DNA of 48,979 bases from a virus (taxonomy: Duplodnaviria; Heunggongvirae; Uroviricota; Caudoviricetes), in the IMG/VR virus record IMGVR_UViG_2529293142_000029, positions 1 through 48,979 of that record. One strand, given 5' to 3'. The notes under the pieces were generated by a model that saw only the letters and a program-made list of their open reading frames with translations, was not told the origin of the DNA and searched no databases. The translations under genes were made by a program, and so were the position numbers. Shown piece by piece: positions 31,884 through 42,104 of the stretch (within the stretch, counting starts at the first letter, position 1; every line of letters starts with the position of its first letter).

Positions 31884-32725
31884 GCCGCATCCTCAAAATT
31901 AAATCCAAGCTGACATGAAAATGCTTCACATGATTCAGAACACGAACCTGAATCATACTGTCGCATTGATGTCATTCTTGAGGCTAACTCATCTCTTGAT
32001 ATATCACTAAACAAGGCAATCAGTGATTTAAGTGTATTATTCCCTCGATACATAACCGGTTCCTTTCCTGTTTTTATTTCTGTATCAAGGATGTTGATAA
32101 ATGCATCTGCAAGTTCTGGCTCATCCATGGCTGCCAGCGCCACCTTTTGCATACTTTTTTTTATGCAGAAAACACAATTACCAAGATGCTCCTGTATGCC
32201 AAGATCAAACTTCTGCTCACTCCACCAATCAAGCACATCCTGTTTTTCAAAATCGCTTATATCAGCCAGGTACCGAAAACCATTAGCCCTTTTAAGCCTG
32301 TTTGGTTCATCTGTGCGAATGCCAAGCCATGTGATGTAATTTCCTTTCCCAAACTTTTCCTGACAATATTTGGTGAATGGAACAGACTTCATTCTGTCGG
32401 TACAGAACGCACCGCCGATATATGGATGTCCGTATTTATTCAACATCCTTTTCCACGGTATAAGATCTGGACCAATATCAGTGACACCTATCTCTTCATA
32501 ACTACTGGCCTTCCCCATTTCTGGATTAGGTATTACACGAAGGCAATGTAAGTCTATTTTCCAGTTACTGACGATATTTCGAATGAACTCATATGTTTTA
32601 GGGTGCTCTGCTCCTGTATCCATGAAAACGTAATGCACGTCTTCACCTGCCCGTCGCTTTTGCTCCATTAGCCAGAGCAAATATGCTGACGTCCTGCCAC
32701 CTGAGAAACTAACGACATTAATCAT
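31880..32725 (-). CDS. Phosphoadenosine-phosphosulfate reductase-family protein (PP-loop ATP pyrophosphatase fold)
   Basis: PP-loop motif SFSGGRTS near N-terminus; start set at internal ATG 32725 (AGGAGGG SD), overlapping Dam stop as ATGA. Confidence 0.7.
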   Translation of the reverse strand: MINVVSFSGGRTSAYLLWLMEQKRRAGEDVHYVFMDTGAEHPKTYEFIRNIVSNWKIDLHCLRVIPNPEMGKASSYEEIGVTDIGPDLIPWKRMLNKYGHPYIGGAFCTDRMKSVPFTKYCQEKFGKGNYITWLGIRTDEPNRLKRANGFRYLADISDFEKQDVLDWWSEQKFDLGIQEHLGNCVFCIKKSMQKVALAAMDEPELADAFINILDTEIKTGKEPVMYRGNNTLKSLIALFSDISRDELASRMTSMRQYDSGSCSESCEAFSCQLGFNFEDAA

Positions 32726-33252
32726 GCTGCCCTCCTGACGCCCTGCCCGATCGCCATCAATGCCGCTTTGGATACGGTAGTAAACATCCGTCGAGGACTG
32801 ATGAACGGTCGCCAAATCAGCAGCATGGAACCTTTGCTGTTTCCCTTCTTCTCCAGCCCTGTCGATGGTTCGATAAAATTAATCCGTCCATCAGTAATGA
32901 TGCGAACTTCGTCAACACTCTCCAGAGCCTTGCTGAACCATCCGACAGACATATCCTCTGGCACAAGCATCACTACCGTCTGTCGCTGTTGTATGCACTG
33001 CTCAGCGGCTTTTTCCACCCACGGCCTGATATTGCTGTACGGTGGGTTATTCCAGATTGCACCGTGGCTTATCCACTCAGAATTTAGCGCGTCGTCGGCC
33101 TCAGTTAACCAGTGAGCGCACAGAGCATTTTTGTCGCTCGCTGCCGAATCCAGCCAGAATCCAAACTCAATATCCAGTGCATCAAAAAGCCAAAGCGGCG
33201 TTTGCCAGCAGTCTCTAACTTCTTTTGGTGTTTCTGATTTATGCTTAATCAT
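32722..33252 (-). CDS. Phage-type DNA N6-adenine methyltransferase (Dam-like)
   Basis: 176 aa with NPPY catalytic motif and WQTPLWLFDALD N-terminal motif. Confidence 0.8.
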   Translation of the reverse strand: MIKHKSETPKEVRDCWQTPLWLFDALDIEFGFWLDSAASDKNALCAHWLTEADDALNSEWISHGAIWNNPPYSNIRPWVEKAAEQCIQQRQTVVMLVPEDMSVGWFSKALESVDEVRIITDGRINFIEPSTGLEKKGNSKGSMLLIWRPFISPRRMFTTVSKAALMAIGQGVRRAA

Positions 33253-33774
33253 TCAACCCTCGCATATTGTCCGTGATATTTGTTGATAGCCTCACTGGCA
33301 ACCAAACCAGCAAGCTCAAGATCTTCATAGAACCCAAAATGCAACCGGCCAAAATCTGTGCGCACTTGAACGGCCCATTTATTTTTTGCTTGTTCCATAA
33401 AACATTTTTATTCCAGAACGGCTATTGCACTTAGTTTTCTGATTTCGGCTGTTTGCTATCCGGCTTGCCTCCCTAAGATTTTTTGGGGAATTGTCCAGCC
33501 TGTTTCCGTTAATATGGTCAATATTTTTCAATGGCATTCTTTTGTTGTGCAGCGCAAAAACAACTACGTGAACAAACATCTGAATGCCTGCAAAACACAC
33601 CTGTCTATACCCAGATCCATTTATCGATGTTTTAATTTCATCTCCGGCCCGGTGGCTGTGGTTGGGGTGTTTTAGCGAGTCCTTTTTGTATCTGACTGTA
33701 TCTCCGTCTAAATACAGATAATCCTCAATAACCCGATACCTATCTGACGCTGGCGTATTTGATTTGATAGTCAT
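33249..33774 (-). CDS. HNH homing-type endonuclease with C-terminal AP2-like DNA-binding domain; frame break near plus-strand T run 33382-33387
   Basis: HNH motif IDHINGNRLDNSPKNLREA; downstream 49-codon frame KWAVQVRTDFGRLHFGFYEDLELAGLVASEAINKYHG resembles AP2; the two frames join with a 1-nt change in the A run. Confidence 0.55.
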
Positions 33775-34210
33775 GCAGCCCGGTCTCCCCATCTCGCTTT
33801 CCACTCCAGAGCCAGTCGCGCTTCGTCTGACCACTTAACGCCACGCTCTGTACCGAATGCCTGTATAAGCTCTAATAGCTCCGCAAATTCGCCTACACGC
33901 ATCCTGCTGGTTGACTGGCCTATTACCACAAAGCCATTCCCGGCAAGGTTAGGAACAACGTCCTGCTGCTTTAATGCTGCGGTAAACACACACTTCCAGC
34001 TTTCTGCATCCAGCCAGCGACCATGCCATTCAACCTGACGAGAGACGTCACCAAGGCAAGCCCAAAGCTTTCGGTTTGGTCTAAGCTGCGGTTGCGTTCC
34101 TGAATGGTTACTACGATTGGTTTGGTTGGGTCTGGAAGAATTTGCTGTACCGCGTGAATAGCGTTTTGCTGATGTGCTGGAGATCGAATTTCAAAGGTTA
34201 GTTTTTTCAT
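33771..34210 (-). CDS. ninB: NinB (recombination mediator); frame break near 34075-34077
   Basis: MKKLTFEIRSPAHQQNAIHAVQQILPDPTKPIVVTIQERNRSLDQ and ...FTAALKQQDVVPNLAGNGFVVIGQSTSRMRVGEFAELLELIQAFGTERGVKWSDEARLALEWKARWGDRAA match recalled lambda NinB; the middle is out of frame at an A3 run. Confidence 0.85.
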
Positions 34211-34283
34211 GACTTCCCTCTCCCCCAAATAAAAAGGCCTGCGATTACCAGCAGGCCTGTTATTAGCTCAGTGATGTAGATGG

Positions 34284-35660
34284 TCATACGTCAGCCCCTT
34301 GTGCATATCGTCTGCCACGTGCAGCGGGTGCATTTGATGTTGTGCAAATCTGTCTGGCTTCATCCTGGTCACATGCAACAAAGTGTCCGTTGCAGAACCG
34401 CTGGTAAACCGTACCAAGTGAGCCAAAACGGTTTTTTGTCACAATGATTTCAGCAAATGGCGCGGCGCTACTGTTCTCGTCATATACCGCTTCCCGATAG
34501 AGCATGATGATTGAGTCTGCGTCCTGTTCAATGCTTCCTGAATCACGCAAATCTGCGTTTGTCGGTCGTTTATTTGGTCGCTTCTCAACATCGCGCGAAA
34601 GCTGACTCAGGGAGATAACTGGCGTTTTCAGGTCTTTCGCCATCGCCTTCAGGCTTCCGGAGATGTGAGCAATTGCGAGGTCGTTGCGATCTGCTTTCGG
34701 CTTCTCAATCAGGCCAAGATAATCCGCCATGATGAGTGACAGGTTTGGATTTTCCTGTTTATGCCGTTCTGCGATTGAGCGTATTTCTTCGACCGATAAC
34801 CGCGAGGCATCGACTACCCATACATCCAAATCTGCAAGCTGACTCATGCCGTTAGCAACACGCGCCCAGCCTTCGTCATCCATCGATGCAGGATTTCGCA
34901 GCACGCTAACCGACATCCTCCCGGCGTTGGCAATACTTCGCTCTGCAATCTGCAATGCGCTCATTTCCATTGAGAAAATCAATACTCCGCGCCGGACGTC
35001 AGAACCAGGAATAACACGACTTGCAACGCCTTCGGCAATCTTCAGCGCCAGTTCGGTTTTCCCCATACCAGGACGAGCAGCGATTATCACCAGGTCTTCC
35101 GCGTTCATCCCTCCGGTGATGGCATCAAGTTCTTCGATTCCGGTCTTCAGGGTATCTGACTCTTCTCCGTTCCTCAGACGCCTGTCAAGCGTGTCAGTGT
35201 AGTCGGTGATGATTTCCCCTAACCGTACAGGTTTAACCTCGTCACGGGGCTTTCTGATAGCTGAAAGACGCTTTACAAGCTCATCCATCGCCTGACTCGA
35301 TGCGTCGATGGTTCCGCTTTGGATTGGTTCACGCATTTCATCCATGATTTCCAGCACCAGACGGCGGTGATAGTTATCCGCGACCATTCCGGCATATCCC
35401 TTCAGGTTTGCGGCACTCGGGCAGTTTTTGCTGGTCATCAGGATTGACGTGAAATGCTCCTCTCCGCACGCCTCGGCAACCATCAGCGCGTCGATTAGGT
35501 TTCTGTTTCTCGCCTGCTTGCGGATAACCTCGAAGGCTTTCCGGTAGAGCGGAATTGAAAACGCTTCCGGCTCCAGCGTTGCCAGAACGTCGCTGGCGGT
35601 TGGTGTTAATCCACCAATCAGCAGGCCACCGATAACGCTCGCTTCGATATCCTGTTTCAT
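34284..35660 (-). CDS. Replicative DNA helicase, DnaB family
   Basis: 458 aa; Walker [10 protein letters not shown] and DnaB-type C-terminal domain. Confidence 0.85.
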   Translation of the reverse strand: MKQDIEASVIGGLLIGGLTPTASDVLATLEPEAFSIPLYRKAFEVIRKQARNRNLIDALMVAEACGEEHFTSILMTSKNCPSAANLKGYAGMVADNYHRRLVLEIMDEMREPIQSGTIDASSQAMDELVKRLSAIRKPRDEVKPVRLGEIITDYTDTLDRRLRNGEESDTLKTGIEELDAITGGMNAEDLVIIAARPGMGKTELALKIAEGVASRVIPGSDVRRGVLIFSMEMSALQIAERSIANAGRMSVSVLRNPASMDDEGWARVANGMSQLADLDVWVVDASRLSVEEIRSIAERHKQENPNLSLIMADYLGLIEKPKADRNDLAIAHISGSLKAMAKDLKTPVISLSQLSRDVEKRPNKRPTNADLRDSGSIEQDADSIIMLYREAVYDENSSAAPFAEIIVTKNRFGSLGTVYQRFCNGHFVACDQDEARQICTTSNAPAARGRRYAQGADV

Positions 35661-36603
35661 GCAATCCCCCTGTCTGCAAACTTCCCTTCCCGAACTCCCG
35701 TTAACGAATCTTCCCTCAGCAGGTAATCAAAATCAGCCGTCCAGCCCGTGTCGTTGTCTCCGAAGTAAAACGGCTTGGCCTGATGCACAAATGCCCTGAC
35801 ATACGCCCTGAAACCGTCCACGTTTGGCGTTTTCAGTTGTGGGATGATTTTCTTCAGGCGGCGTTTTCGTTTCTCGTTGACCGCAACAGCGTGTGGCAGT
35901 CTGTCACCGACTTCGGTGTTGTAGGCGTTCAGGAAGGATTCGTAGTCGATTCGTTCTGCCTTGCGACGTTCAGGTTTAACCTGCCCATCGCCTCCCCCAT
36001 TGGGGGGTAGGGGGTATTATTTATATTCTTGTTAATACCTTCTTGTTCATGATGTGCGGTTGTTTGTGCGGCTTCATGTGCGCTTTCATGTGCGGCATGT
36101 ACGCTGGAAGCCGCGCCATTACTGGCTTCATCATGTGCGGCATCATGTGCGGTTGTTTGTGCGGCTTCATGTGCGGGTGAATTGTCCATTTTTTGAGCAT
36201 ATTCATGGTAATTTGTGATAGTGATCACACGACCTTTTTGCTTCTCTCCATCAATGGAGATCATCCCCTCTTTCACAAAAACCTGAAGCATCCGCTCAAC
36301 CTGATCACGGCTTGCCGGCTTGCCATGCCTGTCGCATAACTGAAGACCTAAATCAGCTGCTGTCACAACCAGTTGACCGGGTTGCAGATGCCATTCATGA
36401 CCTTTGAAATTCGCTTTGTATGGCTTTCTGGCGGCATTCAGGAGAAGGTTTTCCCACAGGGTGCGAAGATAAACATCTTTCGCCCATGACTGTTTCAGAA
36501 TGCTCCGGTACAACGGAATGTAACCAGTTTTCTGGTTCTCCATCCTGTTGCTCCTGCGCTCGTGTGCGGCGCTGAAATCGTAGATTTTTGCTGTATTGCT
36601 CAT
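35657..36603 (-). CDS. Replication initiator (lambda O-like) with internal iterons; frame break in C/G runs 35994-36014
   Basis: N-terminus [10 protein letters not shown] resembles lambda O (MTNTAKILNF); downstream frame (...[26 protein letters not shown]...) is open to an ATGA overlap with the helicase start; frames join with +1 nt in a C5/G6/G5 run. Confidence 0.6.
36041..36190. repeat. Iteron-like direct repeats (CATGTGCGG units; ~32-bp block repeated at 36050-36081 and 36155-36186) within the O-like gene; candidate origin
   Basis: Repeats read directly; they encode the AAH-repeat segment of the protein; an AT-rich tract lies adjacent (36012-36040). Confidence 0.5.
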
Positions 36604-36605
36604 AA

Positions 36606-36878
36606 CTACCTGCCTTGACGAAAGACCTTAAGAACATCGTTAAACTGACTTACGGATATGTCTTCTTTGAGCAGCTTTTCCAGAAATGCGTTTGGAATGA
36701 ACGTATATCCCTCCTCTTTTGGTAGAGACGGGAGCAACGCCCTCGCCTCAGCCTTCAGAAGCTCAGTTCTGGCAACTTTCACAAAAGAGATTTGAGTTCT
36801 TTCATCAATGGAACGAAGAAAGCGCAAACGCTTAGCTTCTTTGTGTGTATCAGGTGGATTAAAGTCTTTGTTTCGCAT
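36606..36878 (-). CDS. Hypothetical protein (90 aa) between cII and the O-like gene
   Basis: Internal ATG at 36878 with GAGG SD; the longer 193-aa track ORF is an out-of-frame overlap of cII. Confidence 0.4.
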   Translation of the reverse strand: MRNKDFNPPDTHKEAKRLRFLRSIDERTQISFVKVARTELLKAEARALLPSLPKEEGYTFIPNAFLEKLLKEDISVSQFNDVLKVFRQGR

Positions 36879-36900
36879 ATAATTACCTCGTTGGATGTTG

Positions 36901-37194
36901 TTAAAATTCCATTTGTATTTGATCAGAACGCTCGGTTGCCGCCGGGCGTTTTTTATTGGTGAGAATCGAAGCAACTTGTCGTGCCAATCGAGCCATGTCG
37001 TCGTCGACAACACCCCATTCAAGAACAGCAAGCAGCATTGAGAACTTTGGAATCCAGTCCCTCTTCCACCTGCTGATCTGCGACTTATCAACGCCCACAG
37101 CTTCCGCTGTCTTCTCAGTTCCAAGCATTGCGATTTTGTTAAGCAACGCACTCTCGATTCGTAGAGCCTCGTTGCGTTTGTTTGCACGAACCAT
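36901..37194 (-). CDS. cII: Transcriptional activator cII
   Basis: 97 aa; MVRANKRNEALRIESALLNKIAMLGTEKTAEAVGVDKSQISRWKRDWIPKFSMLLAVLEWGVVDDDMARLARQVA... matches recalled lambda CII. Confidence 0.95.
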   Translation of the reverse strand: MVRANKRNEALRIESALLNKIAMLGTEKTAEAVGVDKSQISRWKRDWIPKFSMLLAVLEWGVVDDDMARLARQVASILTNKKRPAATERSDQIQMEF

Positions 37195-37263
37195 ATGTCA
37201 GTATTTCCTTAGATAACAATTGATTGAAGGTATGCAAATAAATGCATACACCATAGGTGTGGT

Positions 37264-37295
37264 TTAATTTGATGCCCTTTTTCAGGGCTGGGATG
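37264..37295 (-). promoter_or_regulatory. nutR-like site (boxB GCCCUGAAAAAGGGC plus boxA-like element) between cro-like gene and cII
   Basis: Reverse complement of 37264-37278 is GCCCTGAAAAAGGGC; boxA-like AGCTCTTACA at 37286-37295 (minus sense). Confidence 0.7.
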
Positions 37296-37313
37296 TGTAA
37301 GAGCTGGAATGTC

Positions 37314-37529
37314 TTAAGCGGCTTTGTGTTCCGGCGGGAACACGTCATCAAGACTGACTTTTGCGCCTAACTTGTTTAGGCACTCAACAAGAGCACGGCA
37401 TGTTTTAAGGTCTGGGAAGCGACGACCAGATTCCCAATGTCCGATAGCTCCCTGTGTGCATCCAACTGCCTTAGCAAGTGTTGTTTGAGAGATATTCAGT
37501 GACTCTCGATATTTTCGTAGGTTGCTCAT
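37314..37529 (-). CDS. Cro-like HTH repressor (XRE family)
   Basis: 71 aa from ATG 37529 (GGAGGG SD); HTH ISQTTLAKAVGCTQGAIGHWESGRR; divergent from the cI-like gene. Confidence 0.65.
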   Translation of the reverse strand: MSNLRKYRESLNISQTTLAKAVGCTQGAIGHWESGRRFPDLKTCRALVECLNKLGAKVSLDDVFPPEHKAA

Positions 37530-37640
37530 ATGCCCTCCATAGTAACCATGAAACAATAATACGATATGTACTTTTAGAATGCAAACAAAAAATACATCTT
37601 GTGCATGGATGGTTTTAGTACAGAGCGTAATAATAAGGGT
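37530..37640. promoter_or_regulatory. Divergent promoter/operator region (OR-like) between cro-like and cI-like genes
   Basis: Contains AATACgatatGTACT (37558-37572), AATACatcttGTGCA (37591-37605) and AGTACagagcGTAAT (37617-37631), related to the AGTAC-N5-GTACT palindrome found at pL. Confidence 0.45.
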
Positions 37641-38298
<658 letters not shown>

Positions 38299-38423
38299 CA
38301 GCCTCACAACTCTAAAACACACAACAATAACCCGACCTTAGCGTCGGGTTTTCTTTTTCCAAAATATAAACCCATTAAATACAAAGCGTTATAAAAAACT
38401 AATTATATTTAGAACATTTTGTA

Positions 38424-38453
38424 TTGACTCAATAAAGTACAAATCGTACTATT
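38424..38453 (+). promoter_or_regulatory. pL-like promoter with overlapping operator palindrome
   Basis: -35 TTGACT (38424-38429), -10 TACTAT (38448-38453); palindrome AGTACaaatcGTACT at 38436-38450; downstream CATCAGCAGGACG matches the recalled lambda pL transcript start region. Confidence 0.5.
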
Positions 38454-38491
38454 TAGCCATCAGCAGGACGTACTAACCACCATGAAGGTGA

Positions 38492-38522
38492 CGCTCTTAA
38501 AAATTAAGCCCTGAAGAAGGGC
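38492..38522 (+). promoter_or_regulatory. nutL site (boxA CGCTCTTAA, boxB GCCCTGAAGAAGGGC)
   Basis: Read directly; matches recalled lambda nutL. Confidence 0.8.
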
Positions 38523-38632
38523 AGCATTCAAAGCAGAAGGCTTTGAGTAGCGCGAAATGCAGCTGCAAGACAGCAACCGTGGAGATAAGCATCACGGCGC
38601 GTTACTCAAAGCTAACTGACAGGAGAATCCAG

Positions 38633-38959
38633 ATGGATGCACAAACACGCCGCCGCGAACGTCGCGCAGAGAAACAGGCTCAATGGAAAGCAGCAAATCC
38701 CCTGTTGGTTGGGGTAAGCGCAAAACCAGTTAACCGCCCTATTCTCTCGCTGAATCGCAAACCGAAATCACGAGTAGAAAGCGCACTGAATCCGATAGAC
38801 CTTACGGTGCTGGCTGAATACCACGAACAGATTGAAAGCAACCTGCAACGTATTGAGCGCAAGAATCAGCGAACATGGTACAGCAAGCCACGCAGTGAAA
38901 TGGGTGTGACTTGTGTTGGTCGCCAGAAAATGAAATTAGGCAGCAAACCACTTATTTGA
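38633..38959 (+). CDS. N: Antitermination protein N
   Basis: MDAQTRRRERRAEKQAQWKAANPLLVGVSAKPVNRPILSLNRKPKSRVESALNPIDLTVLAEYH... matches recalled lambda N; AGGAG SD upstream of ATG 38633. Confidence 0.9.
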   Translation: MDAQTRRRERRAEKQAQWKAANPLLVGVSAKPVNRPILSLNRKPKSRVESALNPIDLTVLAEYHEQIESNLQRIERKNQRTWYSKPRSEMGVTCVGRQKMKLGSKPLI

Positions 38960-38970
38960 GAGGAATTAAT

Positions 38971-39594
38971 ATGTCATCAATCCGCTTAACTACGACAATA
39001 AAAGAAGTAATAGCACGCAACGCTTTAATTAAGTCCGGGGTATTCACTGAACTTGAAGAAGTAACAAAGTTAAAGAACCAGCTTGCACTTGATGCCAGAG
39101 TTATTGCGTTTGGCGGGAAAAAGAAAACCGAAGAAGTGGACCAGCTGGCATCAAAGTTAATGGCTGCAAGTGAGGAACTTCAAAAGCTGGGATGTTCATT
39201 TTACTCATGCGATGTCAGTTCAAGTTCGATTTATCTGACTGTATCTGGAAGAAGGGTTGGCTGGCATTCATACGGAAAAGACGGCAACGGTGAAGATATA
39301 TTGCTCCCTACCCCCGACAAAGATAAATGCATGTTTGACGCAGAACACAAAATAACAAAAAGGTTTGATGAAATCTGCGCATTGCAACAAAAACTTGAAG
39401 CCAGGAAAAAGGATATCGAATCAAATGTATGGGCTGCTTTGAACTCAGTCACAACAGTTAGGCGACTTATTGAGGTCTGGCCTGAAAGCAAAGAGTTGCT
39501 ACCAAAAGAAGCAGATAAAGCAAGTGCAGCACTTCCTGCTTTACGGGTAGAAGATTTGAATAAGATGATTGGACTTCCTTCCGAGGCCGCATAG
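38971..39594 (+). CDS. Hypothetical protein (207 aa) immediately downstream of N
   Basis: GAGG SD plus ATG at 38971; AT-rich codon usage; no recognised motif. Confidence 0.5.
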   Translation: MSSIRLTTTIKEVIARNALIKSGVFTELEEVTKLKNQLALDARVIAFGGKKKTEEVDQLASKLMAASEELQKLGCSFYSCDVSSSSIYLTVSGRRVGWHSYGKDGNGEDILLPTPDKDKCMFDAEHKITKRFDEICALQQKLEARKKDIESNVWAALNSVTTVRRLIEVWPESKELLPKEADKASAALPALRVEDLNKMIGLPSEAA

Positions 39595-39609
39595 TCGGCC
39601 TTTATTTTT
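39585..39609 (+). terminator. Rho-independent terminator overlapping the stop of the 207-aa gene
   Basis: GGCCG-CATAGT-CGGCC hairpin followed by TTTATTTTT. Confidence 0.6.
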
Positions 39610-39715
39610 GGAATAAACAACAGAATAAACGTAAGCGTAAACCGACCGCCGTATGTAGCCATTAGACAAGAATTGGTAACTTAGACGCCCATCTGACACA
39701 GACGGACATCTAAGT

Positions 39716-40135
39716 ATGGAATTACAGGACTGGCGAAAAGAACCTCGTAAAAAGTATTCGAATGAATTCAAACTTCGTATGGTTGAACTGGCATCACAAC
39801 CCGGTGCTTGTGTGGCTCAGATTGCACGAGAAAATGGCGTCAATGATAATGTTATTTTCAAATGGCTCAGACTCTGGCAAAACGAAGGGCGTATATCACG
39901 GCGTCTTCCGGTGACAACCACTTCTGACGCAGGCCTTGAATTATTACCTGTAGAGATAACGCCTGATGAGCCGAAAGAACCGATGGCTGCTCTTACTCCG
40001 CCCTTATCCACTCAGACTACTGTCAGTGCCAGCTCCTGCAAGGTGGAGTTCCGTCACGGTAACATGACGCTGGAAAATCCTTCACCAGAGCTGCTCACTG
40101 TATTGATTCGTGAACTGACCGGGAGGGGAAGATGA
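39716..40135 (+). CDS. tnpA: IS66-family accessory protein TnpA
   Basis: 139 aa; N-terminal KKYSNEFKLRMVELA... HTH typical of IS66 orf1. Confidence 0.8.
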   Translation: MELQDWRKEPRKKYSNEFKLRMVELASQPGACVAQIARENGVNDNVIFKWLRLWQNEGRISRRLPVTTTSDAGLELLPVEITPDEPKEPMAALTPPLSTQTTVSASSCKVEFRHGNMTLENPSPELLTVLIRELTGRGR

Positions 40136-40482
40136 TCTCACTCCCATCCGGTACCCGTATCTGGCTCGTTGCCGGGATAACCGATATGCGTAAGTCTTTC
40201 AACGGGCTGGGTGAACAGGTACAGCATGTGTTAAATGTTAATCCCTTCTCCGGTCACCTGTTTATCTTCCGTGGCCGACGGGGTGACACCGTTAAAATTC
40301 TTTGGGCTGATGCTGATGGTCTGTGCCTGTTCACCAAACGTCTGGAGGAAGGCCAGTTTATCTGGCCTGCGGTGCGTGACGGTAAGGTATCCATTACCCG
40401 CTCGCAACTGGCAATGCTCCTCGATAAGCTGGACTGGCGTCAGCCAAAAACATCCCGCCTTAACGCCCTGACAATGTTGTAA
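40132..40482 (+). CDS. tnpB: IS66-family accessory protein TnpB
   Basis: 116 aa; IWLVAGITDMRKSFNGL...HLFIFRGRRGD typical of IS66 orf2; ATGA overlap with tnpA. Confidence 0.8.
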   Translation: MISLPSGTRIWLVAGITDMRKSFNGLGEQVQHVLNVNPFSGHLFIFRGRRGDTVKILWADADGLCLFTKRLEEGQFIWPAVRDGKVSITRSQLAMLLDKLDWRQPKTSRLNALTML

Positions 40483-40512
40483 AAAACGCCTGGCCGCATT
40501 ATAAAAACGGCC

Positions 40513-42104
40513 ATGAGTCAGAAATACCTCATTCGCATTGCAGAACTGGAAAGCCAGCTCCGTCAGAAAGACCAGCAACTGAGTCTGGTTGAAGAGACGG
40601 CGGCCTTCCTGCGCTCTGCACTGGCACGTGCCGAAGAAAAGATCGAAGAGGATGAACGGGAAATAGAACATCTGCGGGCTCAGATAGAAAAACTGCGCCG
40701 GATGCTGTTCGGTACCCGTTCTGAAAAACTGCGTCGTGAAGTTGAACAGGCTGAGGCCCTGCTGAAACAACGCGAACAGGACAGCGATCGTTGCAGTGGG
40801 CGGGAAGACGATCCACAGGTTCCCCGCCAGTTGCGACAGTCGCGCCATCGTCGTCCGTTACCGGCACACCTTCCCCGTGAAATACACCGTCTGGAGTCTG
40901 AAGAAAGCTGTTGCCCGGAGTGTGGCGGTGAGCTGGATTATCTGGGGGAAGTCAGTGCAGAACAACTGGAACTGGTGAGCAGCGCCCTGAAAGTGATCCG
41001 CACAGAACGGGTAAAAAAGCCTGTACAAAATGTGACTGCATCGTTGAAGCACCGGCGCCGTCCCGCCCGATAGAGCGTGGTATCGCGGGCCCCGGATTAC
41101 TTGCCCGCGTGTTAACGGGAAAATACTGCGAACACCTGCCACTGTATCGTCAGAGTGAAATCTTTGCCCGACAGGGTGTCGAACTGAGCCGTGCATTACT
41201 CTCCAACTGGGTTGACGCGTGCTGCCAGTTAATGACACCGCTGAATGATGCCCTGTACCGTTATGTGATGAATACCCGCAAGCTTCACACTGACGACACA
41301 CCGGTAAAGGTACTGGCACCGGGCCTGAAAAAGACGAAAACAGGGCGCATCTGGACGTATGTCCGGGATGATCGCAATGCGGGTTCGTCATCTCCTCCGG
41401 CGGTCTGGTTCGCGTACTCACCGAACCGGCAGGGGAAACACCCGGAGCAACACCTCCGCCCCTTCCGGGGTATCCTGCAGGCGGATGCGTTCACAGGTTA
41501 TGACAGGCTGTTCAGTGCAGAACGTGAAGGTGGTGCGCTGACAGAAGTTGCGTGCTGGGCCCATGCCCGGAGAAAAATCCACGATGTATACATCAGCAGC
41601 AAAAGTGCGACGGCAGAAGAAGCCCTGAAGCGAATCAGTGAACTGTACGCCATCGAGGATGAAATACGGGGATTACCAGAGTCAGAGCGTCTTGCAGTCA
41701 GACAGCAGCGAAGCAAAGCGTTACTGACGTCGCTGCATGAATGGATGGTGGAGAAGAATGGTACGCTGTCGAAAAAATCCAGACTGGGCGAAGCGTTCAG
41801 CTATGTACTGAATCAGTGGGACGCCCTCTGTTATTACAGTGATGACGGACTGGCGGAGACGGACAATAACACAGCGGAAAGAGCGCTTCGTGCAGTCTGT
41901 CTTGGAAAGAAAAATTACGTGTTCTTCGGTAGCGATCACGGCGGCGAGCGTGGTGCACTGCTGTACGGGCTGATCGGCACCTGCCGTCTGAACGGTATCG
42001 ATCCGGAAGCGTATCTGCGCCATATTCTGAGCGTACTGCCGGAATGGCCCTCCAACCGTGTTGACGAACTCCTGCCATGGAACGTAGTTCTCACCAATAA
42101 ATAA
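40513..42104 (+). CDS. tnpC: IS66-family transposase TnpC; frame break at A6 run 41015-41020
   Basis: Track ORFs 40513-41073 and 41109-42104 join (…RVKKACTKCDCIVEAPAPSRPIERGIAGPGLLARVLTGKYCEH…) if the run is A7. Confidence 0.8.

Noticed and set aside
36041-36190. Possible CRISPR array, because of short direct repeats
   Set aside because: Units are irregular (9-32 bp), lack regular unique spacers, lie inside a coding sequence and have no cas genes nearby; iterons explain them better. No CRISPR array was found anywhere in the window.
36021-36206. 61-aa ORF rich in H/M/K/P repeats on the minus strand ([20 protein letters not shown]...)
   Set aside because: It is an alternative reading frame of the iteron repeats inside the O-like gene; the repetitive protein is a by-product of the DNA repeats.
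36606-37187. 193-aa track ORF overlapping cII
   Set aside because: Its 5' two-thirds is an out-of-frame overlap of cII; only the 3' 90 codons (36606-36878) with their own SD are reported.
39231-39662. 143-aa minus-strand ORF antisense to the 207-aa gene downstream of N
   Set aside because: Completely antisense to a better-supported gene with SD and terminator; similar antisense track ORFs (8440-8928, 40231-40848, 40858-41421, 41721-42078 and others) were rejected for the same reason.
41015-41020. Programmed -1 ribosomal frameshift at the A6 run in IS66 tnpC
   Set aside because: IS66-family TnpC is normally a single ORF, and the same kind of homopolymer frame break occurs in eight unrelated genes, so an artifact or mutation is more parsimonious.
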